Assembly (NCBI GenBank): GCA_016840085.1
Contig: JAEOTA010000086.1
Coordinates: 1 to 64,000, forward strand
Length of the DNA stretch: 64,000 nt
Origin: Promethearchaeota archaeon
GTDB lineage: Archaea > Asgardarchaeota > Lokiarchaeia > Sigyniarchaeales > SOKP01
Direction: 5' to 3'
Positions within the stretch are counted from its first letter, which is position 1. Each line of letters begins with the position of its first letter. The translations under genes and the position numbers were made by a program. Shown here one piece after another: positions 21,513 to 32,641 of the stretch. The notes below the pieces were generated by a model. The model did not search any database, was not told where the DNA came from, and saw only the letters and a list, made by a program, of their open reading frames with translations.

Positions 21513-22004
21513 TTAAATTTTTGATTTATAAATTCCCTTTCGAATCTTAATAGCAATTCCACTTGAAAAAGATTTAACAAAAGATACTGGCAGTTTTAAT
21601 TTCCCTATAGCTAATAACTCATTATTTTGATTAACTACTATAATTTCATCTAAAGGTCTTAAATTATCATCAATTTCAACCACATGTTTACAGAAGACGT
21701 TTCTCCCTTTTTTTATGAACTCAGAAATATCATTTAATACTATGGCTCGTAATTTTGGAGTTGGAACTTTGTCAATAATTTTTTTGGCAGAATTTAATGT
21801 TAAGGTAAAGAAACCATTAGTGGGTCTTAAAGTAAGAATCAAGTTGTTTCTATCATAAATATATCTGATCTTATTTGTATTAGGAGACCTTTCTATGTGA
21901 ATATTATTGATATCATTTATGAGTATATCTGTTATTTCTTTTCCAAATTGATAATCAGAGATTCCTTTAACCTTTCTTAAATCTAATAATTTTTCGCTTT
22001 CCAT
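21513..22004 (-). CDS. PUA-domain protein (ArcTGT C-terminal-like)
   Basis: DYQFG, GRNVFCKHV, LRPLDEIIVV, GIAIKIRKG. Confidence 0.88.
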   Translation of the reverse strand: MESEKLLDLRKVKGISDYQFGKEITDILINDINNIHIERSPNTNKIRYIYDRNNLILTLRPTNGFFTLTLNSAKKIIDKVPTPKLRAIVLNDISEFIKKGRNVFCKHVVEIDDNLRPLDEIIVVNQNNELLAIGKLKLPVSFVKSFSSGIAIKIRKGIYKSKI

Positions 22005-22063
22005 AAAATAAACTATTTTTTAATTTAAAAAACGTGAATTATAAAATTATATCTAAAAAAGGA

Positions 22064-23272
22064 TTATGAATATAGTCGAGATTCTATACATTTATCTTTA
22101 TTTTTATTCATTACTTTATTTATAGCATCATAAAAGTCTTTAGGCACAATTGCTTCTGCGTCTTTCCTAATAGCAAACATTCCAGCTTCTGTGCAAATCG
22201 CCTTTATATCCGCTCCAGTTGCTCCTTCTGTTAAACTTACTAATTTATTATAATCTATATTTTCTTCAATGCTAAGTTTTCTTGTATGAATTTTAAAAAT
22301 CGCCCTTCGTGCGTTCTCATCTGGGATTGGAAAATCTATCATACGATCAAATCTTCCAGGTCTTAATAATGCGGGATCTAATATATCAATTCTATTTGTT
22401 GCACCAATAATTTTAACATCTCCTCTTTGTTCGAAACCATCTAGTTCACTCAATAATTGCATTAATGTTCTTTGAACTTCTCTATCTCCTGAAGTCGCAA
22501 TTTTTAATCTCTGAGACCCTATTGCGTCTAATTCATCAATAAATAAAATAGTAGGGGCTTTCTCTTTCGCCATATTAAATATTTCTCTTACTAAACGAGC
22601 ACCCTCACCAATGAATTTTTGAACTAGTTCAGATCCTATAATTCTTATAAACGTAGCTTCTGTTTCATGGGCTACTGCCTTTGCCAATAGTGTTTTTCCC
22701 GTACCTGGAGGGCCAAAAAGCAAAACTCCTTTAGGGGGTTCAATTCCAATTTTCGTAAATAAGTGTGGTTTTTTTAGAGGGAGTTCTACAGTTTCTCTAA
22801 CTTCTTGCATTTGATCTTCAAGACCTCCAACATCATCATATGAAATATCTGGAATAGAATCGATTACTTCCATACCTTTAACAAAAGGATCTAATTTGGT
22901 TGGCAATACCTCCATAATTGCGAATGTTCTTTGATTTAAGGCAACTCTCATCCCTGGAGATAATTTTTCATTCTTTACTTTTCGGCTAGCATTCACCACA
23001 AAACTAGGTCCAGTTGAACTTTTTACAATCGCTCTTCCTTTATCATCTAAGAAATCTATTATCGTAGCAGAAACCAAAGGTGGTTCTCTTAATCTATCAA
23101 TCTCATTTCTTAAACTATGTAATTCTTGTTCTAGTCTTAGTCTTTCAGCATCTAATAATTGTTTTTCAGTCTCCAAGTTTCGAAGTCTTTTTTCTAGATG
23201 TCTAGTATATGTTATTAAATACTCTCCATCTTTACCTTCTTCTCTCTTCCTCTTATCCTTTGTCGTAGTCAA
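22064..23272 (-). CDS. pan: proteasome-activating nucleotidase
   Basis: Coiled coil-OB domain, [29 protein letters not shown]-terminal HbYX (LYS). Confidence 0.97.
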   Translation of the reverse strand: MTTTKDKRKREEGKDGEYLITYTRHLEKRLRNLETEKQLLDAERLRLEQELHSLRNEIDRLREPPLVSATIIDFLDDKGRAIVKSSTGPSFVVNASRKVKNEKLSPGMRVALNQRTFAIMEVLPTKLDPFVKGMEVIDSIPDISYDDVGGLEDQMQEVRETVELPLKKPHLFTKIGIEPPKGVLLFGPPGTGKTLLAKAVAHETEATFIRIIGSELVQKFIGEGARLVREIFNMAKEKAPTILFIDELDAIGSQRLKIATSGDREVQRTLMQLLSELDGFEQRGDVKIIGATNRIDILDPALLRPGRFDRMIDFPIPDENARRAIFKIHTRKLSIEENIDYNKLVSLTEGATGADIKAICTEAGMFAIRKDAEAIVPKDFYDAINKVMNKNKDKCIESRLYS

Positions 23273-23518
23273 AAAGATTATACCCCTTCTTTTCTTACTT
23301 ATATTTTAATTATTCAAGAAAATGTCTTAATTTAATAATAAACTTTTAATCATTTAAATTTAAGGCTAGTTGTTTACAACTACTTAAAAATCTCGTTTTT
23401 TAAAAAATTTATAGATTATAAAATATAACAATGTCTTAACCATAAATTATAAGAGTTCTTCAGTAAAATTTATACTTATAATAAGATTCTTTCAATTTAT
23501 AACATTTAAGAGAACTTT

Positions 23519-24052
23519 ATGCCAAAACCCAAATATAATGAAATAGATAAGGAATGTCCTATATGTGGTGGCATAATTTGGGGAAAAGGACAAAGGGTAT
23601 TACTAGAAGGTGCTAAAATTACTGTATGTCATAATTGTGCTCAACATGGGACAAAAATTAATAAAACAACTACAACTATTAAAGCAAAAAGTTCATATCA
23701 CCAAAAGCCTACACAAACTCCGAGAAAAAAAAACTATAAAAATAATATTGTTGAAAACTTAGAAATTGTTCAAGATTACGATAAAAAAATAAGAGATATA
23801 AGAAGTAAACTTAAACTAAATCAAGATCAGTTTGCTCAAAAAATGAATGAGAAACCTTCATTAATAAGAAGAATTGAATCTGGAAAAGTTAAACCAACAA
23901 TTAGATTAGCTAAAAAAATTGAGAAGATTTATGACGTAAAATTATTAAAGAAAATTGATGATTCCGAATCTATTACTCATGAGAATAGATTTATTAAAAA
24001 ATCTAAAGGTTCATCTTTAGGAGATATTGCTTTTATTAAAAAGAAAAAATAA
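23519..24052 (+). CDS. mbf1: archaeal multiprotein bridging factor 1
   Basis: CPICG..VCHNC zinc ribbon plus HTH (LNQDQFAQKMNEKPSLIRRIESG), SLGD tail. Confidence 0.93.
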   Translation: MPKPKYNEIDKECPICGGIIWGKGQRVLLEGAKITVCHNCAQHGTKINKTTTTIKAKSSYHQKPTQTPRKKNYKNNIVENLEIVQDYDKKIRDIRSKLKLNQDQFAQKMNEKPSLIRRIESGKVKPTIRLAKKIEKIYDVKLLKKIDDSESITHENRFIKKSKGSSLGDIAFIKKKK

Positions 24053-24139
24053 GATTATAAAATTTTTTTGGTCTCTTCATACAAAAAGAAGTATTAATAC
24101 TTAATTATTGATGAATTATTTATTAAAAAGACTCTTTTA

Positions 24140-24742
24140 TTACTTCTCATTAATTGTTATCTTTGTTTTTTGATTTAAAGCAATTTTATTTTTTAGAAAT
24201 TCGATAATTTTATGATTATCTTGAGCTTCTAGATGATTTCCACAATCAGGGCATCTAAAATTAAGCTCAAAAGCGTCATCGAAATTATATTTAATATTTG
24301 TGTTTTGACAATTTTTACAAATAAAAAAATAATTGTTCTGTTCAAATCTTAACCTATCTCTCATTTTACTATCGACTAATTTCTTTTTCTCAAGAAGTAT
24401 TTCTTCAAGTAAGTCAAACTCATGCCACCAATAATATATAAACCATCCTGTAGATTTATCTCTTATGCGTCTGAATTGAGCTAATTTTTCAGAATATAAT
24501 TTATATAATGTTTTCCGTACTGTGTTTAACTTTAAGGTTTCACTATCTTCTGGTTCAAAATCAACTTCTGTTCCATTAATACGGTCTTTAATATTCTCGG
24601 TGATATCCTCATCAGTTATATCCTCAGATTCGGAATTTAAAAGTTCCTCTCCGACATGTATTGCAATATCACCACCAATAATGTATAGAAAAGACTGTAA
24701 GAATGGATTTAGTTCTTTAATACGATTATGCCTCATTCTCAT
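24140..24742 (-). CDS. tfe: transcription factor E, alpha subunit
   Basis: LNTVRKTLYKLY, RDKSTGWFIYYW, CKNC..FRCPDCG. Confidence 0.94.
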   Translation of the reverse strand: MRMRHNRIKELNPFLQSFLYIIGGDIAIHVGEELLNSESEDITDEDITENIKDRINGTEVDFEPEDSETLKLNTVRKTLYKLYSEKLAQFRRIRDKSTGWFIYYWWHEFDLLEEILLEKKKLVDSKMRDRLRFEQNNYFFICKNCQNTNIKYNFDDAFELNFRCPDCGNHLEAQDNHKIIEFLKNKIALNQKTKITINEK

Positions 24743-24823
24743 TTAATTCTAAATTGATATTTATAAGTTTTTATAAAAATTAAATTTTTTTAAAATAGTA
24801 ATACAAATTGTAAGTTATAGTTA

Positions 24824-25606
24824 TCACACAACAATTGAATATTGTTTTTCTATAATTTCACCATCTATATCAATAGATCTAAATAGTTTTCCCTTTCTTA
24901 TTGCTAAAATTCGCTTTAAACCCCAATCATTTACGTGTTCAGGCAAAACTAAATCAGATATTTTATAATTATTAGTAATCAGAATATTTTTCCATTTCCT
25001 ATTAAGGTTTAATTTAAAATCAGGTAAAGCTAAGTCTAAAAGTAATTTAATATTATGTTCAGAATTGTTAATAACTCCAGTACAGAATTGAATTCTCTTA
25101 CTTACATTATCTTCTTCAACTTTCTTCTTTGAAGGTTGTGGAATATTTTTCTTTGTAGTCAATTTACAAGTAGAATTTACATTGAAAGAAATTAAATAAT
25201 AACTATTTTTCCTGAATTCTTCAATACTTCTAAGTAAAGAACTTTTAGTAGTGTTACTAAAAATTATTGCCTTATAATTTATAGTTTTTCCCGTTGACTT
25301 TTTCAAATCCCAATCAAATCCGAGATCATTTATAGTACTACTTATATCACTCCCAGTTATTAAAGAACCCTTAATCTCTATTTTATCTTCGGGTATTGTG
25401 TTAGCTACGATTTCAGCTATTAGATCTTCATATTCATGAGTACTTTTAAGTGTTATACGAGTATTTGATTTTAATATCTTTAATGCAGGTCCTAGAAACT
25501 CACCTCTTGAATACCGATAAAAATGACGATGGATATTAATGTGTAGTTTAGCAGGATCCATTAAAATAGGGGTTTCAATTAATTCTATAAGAAAATGCAT
25601 TTTCAA
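24824..25606 (-). CDS. hypothetical protein
   Basis: 260-aa ORF with HRHFYRYSRGEF and R..AIRKGKL segments. Confidence 0.7.
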   Translation of the reverse strand: MKMHFLIELIETPILMDPAKLHINIHRHFYRYSRGEFLGPALKILKSNTRITLKSTHEYEDLIAEIVANTIPEDKIEIKGSLITGSDISSTINDLGFDWDLKKSTGKTINYKAIIFSNTTKSSLLRSIEEFRKNSYYLISFNVNSTCKLTTKKNIPQPSKKKVEEDNVSKRIQFCTGVINNSEHNIKLLLDLALPDFKLNLNRKWKNILITNNYKISDLVLPEHVNDWGLKRILAIRKGKLFRSIDIDGEIIEKQYSIVV

Positions 25607-25749
25607 TTCTCGCTTATTTTTCTAAGAAAATGAAATAAACAATATCAATTAATTATCAAGAGAATATAGTTTTAAATTTTATTCATTAATAAACTTAAAA
25701 AAAAATAAAACATAAGTAAAAATACTGAATATAAAAAAATCGATTAAAA

Positions 25750-25950
25750 ATGGCAATGGTTCCTTCATTATCATTATGGGTTTTAGCGTGGATTTTCCTT
25801 ATCATCGGATTAATAGCATTAGCCATCCTTATAGTATATACAAAATATGGTAGAGAGAAATCAGTTCGATTATCTATAATCAGTATCTTAATTGTGTCTA
25901 TTTTCTTAGGATTTGCTTTCCACTTCTTTTTGTTAAATTGGGGAATTTAA
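25750..25950 (+). CDS. small 2-TM membrane protein
   Basis: Two hydrophobic helices with a basic loop. Confidence 0.7.
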   Translation: MAMVPSLSLWVLAWIFLIIGLIALAILIVYTKYGREKSVRLSIISILIVSIFLGFAFHFFLLNWGI

Positions 25951-26327
25951 AAAACATATAACATAATTTCTTAGAAAACCCTACTTTATCACATAAATTT
26001 CATTATTTTATTAATAATACTTTTTTCAACCCAAATCAAATACATTGGAATATTAACTTTTTTCTTTAAGTCAGCCATTTTGGATCAAAATACGAGTCTA
26101 TTGGTATAATTTAACTTGATAAAAAAGTAGAAGTTCTAGGAACACACTCCGCTCATCCGTCTTATCTCATAAGATAGTCTACTACATCATTTTGATATTA
26201 ATATAATTAAATTTTTCACATTTGTTAAATTATTAAGTTAATATTTAAAAAAGAAGAAATGTAATATTTTTAGTACAACATACCTTAAATTAATCATAAG
26301 AAAAAAATATTATTTAGGATTTAAATT

Positions 26328-26768
26328 ATGTTATTTCAAGATGCAGAACCTTTGATATTTATATTGTGGTTGATATTAGCGACAGTTATAGTAACATTGA
26401 TAATATATCTAGTTGTAATTCTTTTAGAGTCTAAAACGAAGGCATCAGATAAAAAATTCTTGATTCTGTTATTAGCTTTTGTTATTGTCTTACTTTTACC
26501 AGTTATACTTAACGCAGTTAATATGGTTTTAGGAGCAATTGGAGATGCATTAGCTGGAATAAGAGATGCTATTGACGGCGGTGGTGCTAATTACTTAACA
26601 AATTTAACACCAATTATTGGATTCCTTATATTATTGGTACTAGTCAAATTTTTAATCGATTTACCATGGGATAAATCAGTGTGGGTTTCATTATTGACAC
26701 TCTTCATATTGTATATCATGTATTCTTTAATACCAGAGTTGTACACGTTCTTGGGATTCGGATTTTAG
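26328..26768 (+). CDS. hypothetical 4-TM membrane protein
   Basis: Hydrophobic pattern. Confidence 0.75.
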   Translation: MLFQDAEPLIFILWLILATVIVTLIIYLVVILLESKTKASDKKFLILLLAFVIVLLLPVILNAVNMVLGAIGDALAGIRDAIDGGGANYLTNLTPIIGFLILLVLVKFLIDLPWDKSVWVSLLTLFILYIMYSLIPELYTFLGFGF

Positions 26769-26866
26769 AAATATTAGAAAAAAATCTCAATTTTTTTATT
26801 AAATACTGAATTTTTGATATAAAATTTAACTTAGTTAAATGAAAGAAAATAGATTTTTTTAATATA

Positions 26867-29800
26867 TTATATTTTTTCTTTAAGTTTAAGTCTTGGAGCG
26901 AGCCCTAAACTCATCATTTCTTGTAATAGCAATTTAAATGCATATGAACAAACAACTTTCGATATTATTGTTCCTTCTCCGCATACTGGGCAGTATCGTT
27001 TATCTCGATTTCGATCATAAACTGCTAATAGCCCACATTTCTCACAAACAAGAATTACGGTTCGATCTGATTCATCTAATAAGCGTTCTTTCAATAATAG
27101 AGCAGATCCGTGACCAACAAGGCAATCACGCTCCATTTCGCCAAATCGTAATCCCCCCTCTCTAGCTCTGCCTTCTGTTGGCTGTCTTGTTAAAATCTGA
27201 ACAGGTCCACGTGCTCTAGCGTGAAGTTTGTCCGCAACTAAGTGATATAATTTTTGATAGTATATTGGGGCACAGTATATACCTGCTTCATATTTTTCTC
27301 CAGTAATTCCATTATACATTATTTCCCTACCATTAAATTCAAACCCAACTTCTACTAACTGTTCTTGAAGTTTAGTAATATCTATCCATTCAAATGCTGT
27401 AGCATCTCCCAACTTTCCTGTAATACATGCTATTTTACCACTTATTCCCTCAAAAAGTTGTCCTAAAGTCATTCTTGAAGGCATAGCATGGGGATTTACT
27501 ATTATATCAGGAATAACTCCAGATGAGGTAAAAGGCATATCAGATTGCTCTACTATTAATCCAAGTACTCCTTTTTGACCATGACGAGATGAAAATTTAT
27601 CTCCTAATTCAGGAATCCTTAAGTCTCTTACTTTAATTTTTACAAGTTTGTTTCCATCGACAGTTTCTGAAATGATAACAGTATCTACAATTCCTTTTTC
27701 ATTATGTCGCATGTTCTTTGAAGTTTCACGTCTATTTGGTTGCATTAATTCGAATTCTTCATATGATTTTATAAATCTTGGTGGAGAGGTCCTCCCAATT
27801 AGTACATCTCCTCCATTAACCTGAGTTTCAGGTTCTATAATACCATCTTCTTCCGAAAGTAAACGATACGATTCAGCAGATTTGAATCCCCTGACTCCTC
27901 TTTCTGGAATTTCGAACTTATCAACTTCTCCTCCTGGATATTTCCGTTCTTCAGCATCATATGTTCTAAAGAAATGACTTCGAGCAAGGCCCCTCTCAAT
28001 AGATGCCTTATTGATAATTATTGCATCTTCAATATTGAAACCCTCAAAACTCATCATAGCAACGATAAAATTCTGTCCAGCGGGGCGTTTATTAATACCT
28101 ATTATCTCCATTGGACTGGTTTTTACTAAAGGTTGCTGGGGATAATGTAAAGTGTGGCCTCTTGTATCAAGGCGTAAATGCATATTTGCAGCAAATAAAC
28201 CTAATGCTTGTTTTACCATTCCTGCTTCATAAGTGTTTCTTGGAGATTGATTGTGTTCCGGAAAGGGAATAATAGAAGCACAAATTCCTAGAATTGCAGC
28301 AGGTGAAATCTCTAAATGAGTATGTTCTTCTGTTATATCATCTTCAAACATAGCTATATATGCATTTTCCTCTTCCTCCGCATCTAAATATTCAAGGACA
28401 CCTTTTTGGACTAAATCTGACCAAATATATTTATTTTGTTTTAATTTTTCAATATCTTCTTTTGTAATTTGCAATTTTTTATTCTTCAATACGAAAAGGG
28501 GGCGTGTTGCTCTCCCTGCATCACAGTTAATTTGAATTTCTTTAGAATCATGGTAGTATCCAATATTAACATGCTGACCAATTTCTCCTTTTTTTCTTTT
28601 TTCTCTAAGTTGGCGAATAAATGGATTATGTTGCTGATGAATTCCTACTAGTTTACCATTTAAAAAGACTTTAATCTTATCCCCTTTGATATTTTGGACT
28701 TCATTTATAGGGATTACTCCTAAATCGATTAAAATGTTTTCAATTATTTTTTCATCAGCTCCAACAGAAATAATTGAAGCTAATCCAAGATTTTTGACTA
28801 AACCACAATTTGGCCCTTCAGGAGTTTCAGCTGGACAAATTTTGCCCCATTGAGTTGGATGCAAATCTCTAGCTTCAAAATGAGGTTGACTTCGACTTAG
28901 CGGTGAGATAACCCTTCTTAAATGACTTAATGTTCCAACATGATTTGTTCTATTTAATAATTGGCTTACACCTGCTTTTCCTCCGACCCAATTGCCAGTA
29001 GCTAACGCATGTCTTATTCTTTCTGTGATAACGTCTGCTCTAACAGCCGTTTTTATGTTTGGAGCTCTTCCTCGAACAGCAGTTCTTTCTAATTGATATT
29101 TAATATCTTTTACAAGATTTAAAAACGCTACTCTAAATAAAGAGGTAAATAATTCTCCAGCTAACTTTAATCTTTTATTGGCATAATGATCTTTATCATC
29201 TGGTTCTCTCAACCCTAACGCAAGTTCCATTACTTTTTGAGCCATCTGTCCTAAATAATATGCTTTCTTAATACGATCTTCTTCTGCATTACCTATATGA
29301 GGTAAAAGGTATCTATCTAGAACTTGGAGGGCTCTTCTAATTCGATAATCTTTTGTTTGTCCAATAGCAACTCTTTTTCCGATATAATCAAGAGCATTTT
29401 GCTGAGATTTTTCTGGATCTTTTAATACTTGAATTTCAGAAGCAACATCTATTACTGGGATTAACTCTTTTTGAATTTCTTCATTTTCAGATATAGCTTC
29501 AAATATCTCTCTATCTGAATGTAAACCTAATGCTCTCATTAAAATAGCTAATGGAATTTTACCTGGAACTGAAGGAAATGAAACTCTTAAATTTCCATCT
29601 TTTTTCCTTTCTATTGTTACTGGTGCCCTGAATCCACTTCTGGTTGAAAATACTTTTGCTTGATGGGTTGCACTAGAACTTCTACTTGCTTCTTCTGCTA
29701 ATATTCTGTTAGGCGCTAAATCTTCTTGAGTGACAAGGACACGCTCTGTTCCATTTATTATGAAGTATCCGCCTGGATCTAACGGGTCTTCACCTCGATT

Positions 29801-30238
29801 AATTAATTCTTGTTCAGATAAGCTTTCTAATGGACATCGACAGCTTTTAAGCATAATTGGAATTTTACCAATATAAATATCAAGAGTTTCTTCAGCTTCT
29901 TCTCTTTGTGTTCGTTCATCTATGGTGATTGGAGTCATTTCCAAAGTTATATCCGCTGCATAACTCAATTCCCTGATTCTTGCTTCTATAGGGGTAATTT
30001 CCATAGTAGCTCCATCAGCTTCTCTTACTTTTGGAACACCAACTTTAATTTTACTAAATTTTATTTTAAACCCCGGAATATCAGGTATGACTTCTCCAGA
30101 TTCATCAACAATTGTTTGCATTTCATATTCAATGAAATTGTTGTAAGAATCTAAATGTTGACGAACTAAACCTTTTTCGTCAAATAAACTTTTTAATATT
30201 ATCCATTTATCTTCATTTGATAATTTTTCAGAACTCAA
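26867..30238 (-). CDS. rpoB: DNA-directed RNA polymerase subunit B (Rpo2, unsplit)
   Basis: GGYFIING, ETPEG, GDKFSSRHGQKG, GGLRFGEMERD, C-terminal zinc ribbon. Confidence 0.99.
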   Translation of the reverse strand: MSSEKLSNEDKWIILKSLFDEKGLVRQHLDSYNNFIEYEMQTIVDESGEVIPDIPGFKIKFSKIKVGVPKVREADGATMEITPIEARIRELSYAADITLEMTPITIDERTQREEAEETLDIYIGKIPIMLKSCRCPLESLSEQELINRGEDPLDPGGYFIINGTERVLVTQEDLAPNRILAEEASRSSSATHQAKVFSTRSGFRAPVTIERKKDGNLRVSFPSVPGKIPLAILMRALGLHSDREIFEAISENEEIQKELIPVIDVASEIQVLKDPEKSQQNALDYIGKRVAIGQTKDYRIRRALQVLDRYLLPHIGNAEEDRIKKAYYLGQMAQKVMELALGLREPDDKDHYANKRLKLAGELFTSLFRVAFLNLVKDIKYQLERTAVRGRAPNIKTAVRADVITERIRHALATGNWVGGKAGVSQLLNRTNHVGTLSHLRRVISPLSRSQPHFEARDLHPTQWGKICPAETPEGPNCGLVKNLGLASIISVGADEKIIENILIDLGVIPINEVQNIKGDKIKVFLNGKLVGIHQQHNPFIRQLREKRKKGEIGQHVNIGYYHDSKEIQINCDAGRATRPLFVLKNKKLQITKEDIEKLKQNKYIWSDLVQKGVLEYLDAEEEENAYIAMFEDDITEEHTHLEISPAAILGICASIIPFPEHNQSPRNTYEAGMVKQALGLFAANMHLRLDTRGHTLHYPQQPLVKTSPMEIIGINKRPAGQNFIVAMMSFEGFNIEDAIIINKASIERGLARSHFFRTYDAEERKYPGGEVDKFEIPERGVRGFKSAESYRLLSEEDGIIEPETQVNGGDVLIGRTSPPRFIKSYEEFELMQPNRRETSKNMRHNEKGIVDTVIISETVDGNKLVKIKVRDLRIPELGDKFSSRHGQKGVLGLIVEQSDMPFTSSGVIPDIIVNPHAMPSRMTLGQLFEGISGKIACITGKLGDATAFEWIDITKLQEQLVEVGFEFNGREIMYNGITGEKYEAGIYCAPIYYQKLYHLVADKLHARARGPVQILTRQPTEGRAREGGLRFGEMERDCLVGHGSALLLKERLLDESDRTVILVCEKCGLLAVYDRNRDKRYCPVCGEGTIISKVVCSYAFKLLLQEMMSLGLAPRLKLKEKI

Positions 30239-30277
30239 AAATACTAAACCATCCTAAATTTTATTATAAATAAAAAT

Positions 30278-30535
30278 TTAAACTTTCTCTTTTTTCACAT
30301 AACGAAAATAATCTACAGTTCTAACTGTTGTATTTGAATCACGTACAATTTTGACGATATCTCCTTCTATTGCTCCTATTGCAATGGCGACAGGATCTTT
30401 TTCAAACATTTGAGGTAGATCATTTACATCTATTTTATATTTATTTAAAAGTTCTTGAGACTCTTCTTTAGTTAAAAGAATATGTTGGGGTACAAATTTA
30501 TGAAGTAAGACATCAATCTTTTTCTTCTTAGTCAA
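30278..30535 (-). CDS. rpoH: RNA polymerase subunit H (Rpo5)
   Basis: HKFVPQH, LPQM..DPVA, GDIVKIVRDS, YFRYV. Confidence 0.97.
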   Translation of the reverse strand: MTKKKKIDVLLHKFVPQHILLTKEESQELLNKYKIDVNDLPQMFEKDPVAIAIGAIEGDIVKIVRDSNTTVRTVDYFRYVKKEKV

Positions 30536-30644
30536 GGAAAAATCAACTTTTGCTTCGATTTTTGATTAAAGAAATCTTACGTTTCTAAAAAATTTTATTA
30601 TTTTTAGACTCTTTCTATTAATTTTATAGGAACAGTGAATTTAC

Positions 30645-31289
30645 TTAATTGATATTAAAGCACTTAAAGACCCAATAACCACTTCTTTTGCATAATATAT
30701 CTATTTTTTCATTTGAAAAAGAGTCGTTAAGAAAATTCATTATATATTGAGCACCCATTTTTTTTTTAATCACAAATTGAAATGAACCATTATTAGTTAG
30801 ATATTTAGGAATTTCATGTATCAATTGTAAAAACTGTTTTCTTCCTTGTCGAAGTGGAGGATTCATATAAATTCCATCGAATTTTAAATTTTTGTTTTTT
30901 ATCGGTTCAAAATAATTTCCTGATAATGTAATAGCATTCTTTCTATTATTTGGTAAATTAATCTTAATATTTTCCCTTGCACACCAAATTGCTCGTTTAT
31001 TAATATCTATTAAATAAACAATACTTTTTGATGATTCATAGCCTAAAACAATTCCAATAGGGCCATAACCACATCCTAAATCGAGCAAAAAATTAGCCCC
31101 CTTGGGAATAATCATATTTTCAATTAAAACTTTAGTCCCTAAATCTATCTTATTAAATGAAAACACACCTGTAGTAGTCTTAAAAATATAAAGATGTCTC
31201 CTTAAGCTTTCTGAAATTGTATTAATCTTAACATTTACATCAGGAAATTGTGTATAATAATGTTGTTTTTTGTTTGTCATCGAAACCAT
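30645..31289 (-). CDS. RsmC/MJ0882-like SAM methyltransferase
   Basis: GVFS..IDLGTKVL, LDLGCGYG, NPP. Confidence 0.88.
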   Translation of the reverse strand: MVSMTNKKQHYYTQFPDVNVKINTISESLRRHLYIFKTTTGVFSFNKIDLGTKVLIENMIIPKGANFLLDLGCGYGPIGIVLGYESSKSIVYLIDINKRAIWCARENIKINLPNNRKNAITLSGNYFEPIKNKNLKFDGIYMNPPLRQGRKQFLQLIHEIPKYLTNNGSFQFVIKKKMGAQYIMNFLNDSFSNEKIDILCKRSGYWVFKCFNIN

Positions 31290-31295
31290 GAAAGT

Positions 31296-32300
31296 TTATT
31301 TTCTCTCATCCCATCTCGGGTAAACTCCCCTTTCCATAAAAACTTTATTTGTCTTAACTAATATTCCTTTTTTTGCTTTATATATCTGCATCGCAGTTTT
31401 CAATGATATACCAAATCCAATTAATTCTCTTTTCAAAGTCATTATTGCAACCATCATATTCACCTTAATTCTAGCATCTATATAACAAATTCCCGCTGAA
31501 GCTAAATCTGCACCATGAGATATAGCATCAACGGCTGTGTCTCTAATAAAAATTTTAGGCATATGCGACACCATCTTTTCCATTGGGAAAATTATTTTTT
31601 TTAAGTAATAATCATTACCATCAATTTGAAAAATTGTAAATGCATCTTTTAAATTTTGGAGTGTTATTAAATTATCATTTTCTTTAAAATTTCCCACTCG
31701 TGTTCTCCTTAATTCGAGCATATGAGCACCAGAACAGAGAGCTTCGCCAATATCAAAACAAAACTTTCGTATGTAAGTTCCTGCTTCACATCCTATTCTA
31801 AATAAAATATGGTTATTTTCAATTTCAAGTATTTCAGAATAATAGATTTCCCTAACTCTTATTTTTCTTACAACAGATGATTTCAATGGCGGTCTTTGAT
31901 ATATTCTTCCGGTGAATAATTTAAATATTCTTTTTATCCTTTTTCGCGTTTCTGGAGTATGTAAATATAGTACTCCTATATACTCTTTACCTGCGGTTAA
32001 TAGAGAAGACAAAACTCTTGTTGCTTTTCCAAGCGCACAAGGTAAAACTCCAGTAACACGCGGATCTAATGTTCCACCGTGTCCTGCATTGGAAATGCCT
32101 AATATTTTTCTAACCCATGAAACTACTTCATGACTAGTAGGACCACTTGGTTTATCTAAATTTATGACGCCATATTGTAGAAGCGCTTCGAGACTTCTTT
32201 TTTCAGGTTCACAACCATAATCTGAATTGGTATTATCTTGGGATTTTACTAATAATTGCTCAGATTCATCAGATGGTAATTTAAATTCTGATTTTTCCAT
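31296..32300 (-). CDS. cbf5: H/ACA pseudouridine synthase Cbf5
   Basis: DKPSGPTSHEV, GHGGTLDP, GTYIR, PUA domain. Confidence 0.97.
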   Translation of the reverse strand: MEKSEFKLPSDESEQLLVKSQDNTNSDYGCEPEKRSLEALLQYGVINLDKPSGPTSHEVVSWVRKILGISNAGHGGTLDPRVTGVLPCALGKATRVLSSLLTAGKEYIGVLYLHTPETRKRIKRIFKLFTGRIYQRPPLKSSVVRKIRVREIYYSEILEIENNHILFRIGCEAGTYIRKFCFDIGEALCSGAHMLELRRTRVGNFKENDNLITLQNLKDAFTIFQIDGNDYYLKKIIFPMEKMVSHMPKIFIRDTAVDAISHGADLASAGICYIDARIKVNMMVAIMTLKRELIGFGISLKTAMQIYKAKKGILVKTNKVFMERGVYPRWDERK

Positions 32301-32412
32301 ACTACCAAATATTGAGAGAGATCTTTATGTAATTATAAATTTATAAATTTCATAAATTTTTCTTTAAAAAAAATTTATTAGAAGAGTTGATAATAGAAAA
32401 ATAATAAAAGAA

Positions 32413-32516
32413 CGGGCTATAGGGGAATTGAACCCCTGACCTTTCTTTTTATGGAAGATTTTGCCATAAAAGTCAGGTTAAAAGCCTGCTGCGCTACCTG
32501 TCTGCGCCAATAGCCC
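32413..32516 (-). tRNA. tRNA-Lys(UUU) with about 30-nt insert in the variable region
   Basis: GGGCTAT/ATAGCCC acceptor, GCGC/GCGC D stem, loop CT-TTT-AA, T arm AGGGG-TTCAATT-CCCCT; insert hairpin TTTTATGG/CCATAAAA. Confidence 0.9.
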
Positions 32517-32641
32517 TTAAAAATACTTTTCAGCACCTAAGTGCTTTTAGTATTAGAATAAATCCGCAATTATATAAAAATTTTATTTTATGAAGGATCT
32601 TATCCTTTACTTTTCAGTTATGTATTTATAAATATAGTAAT

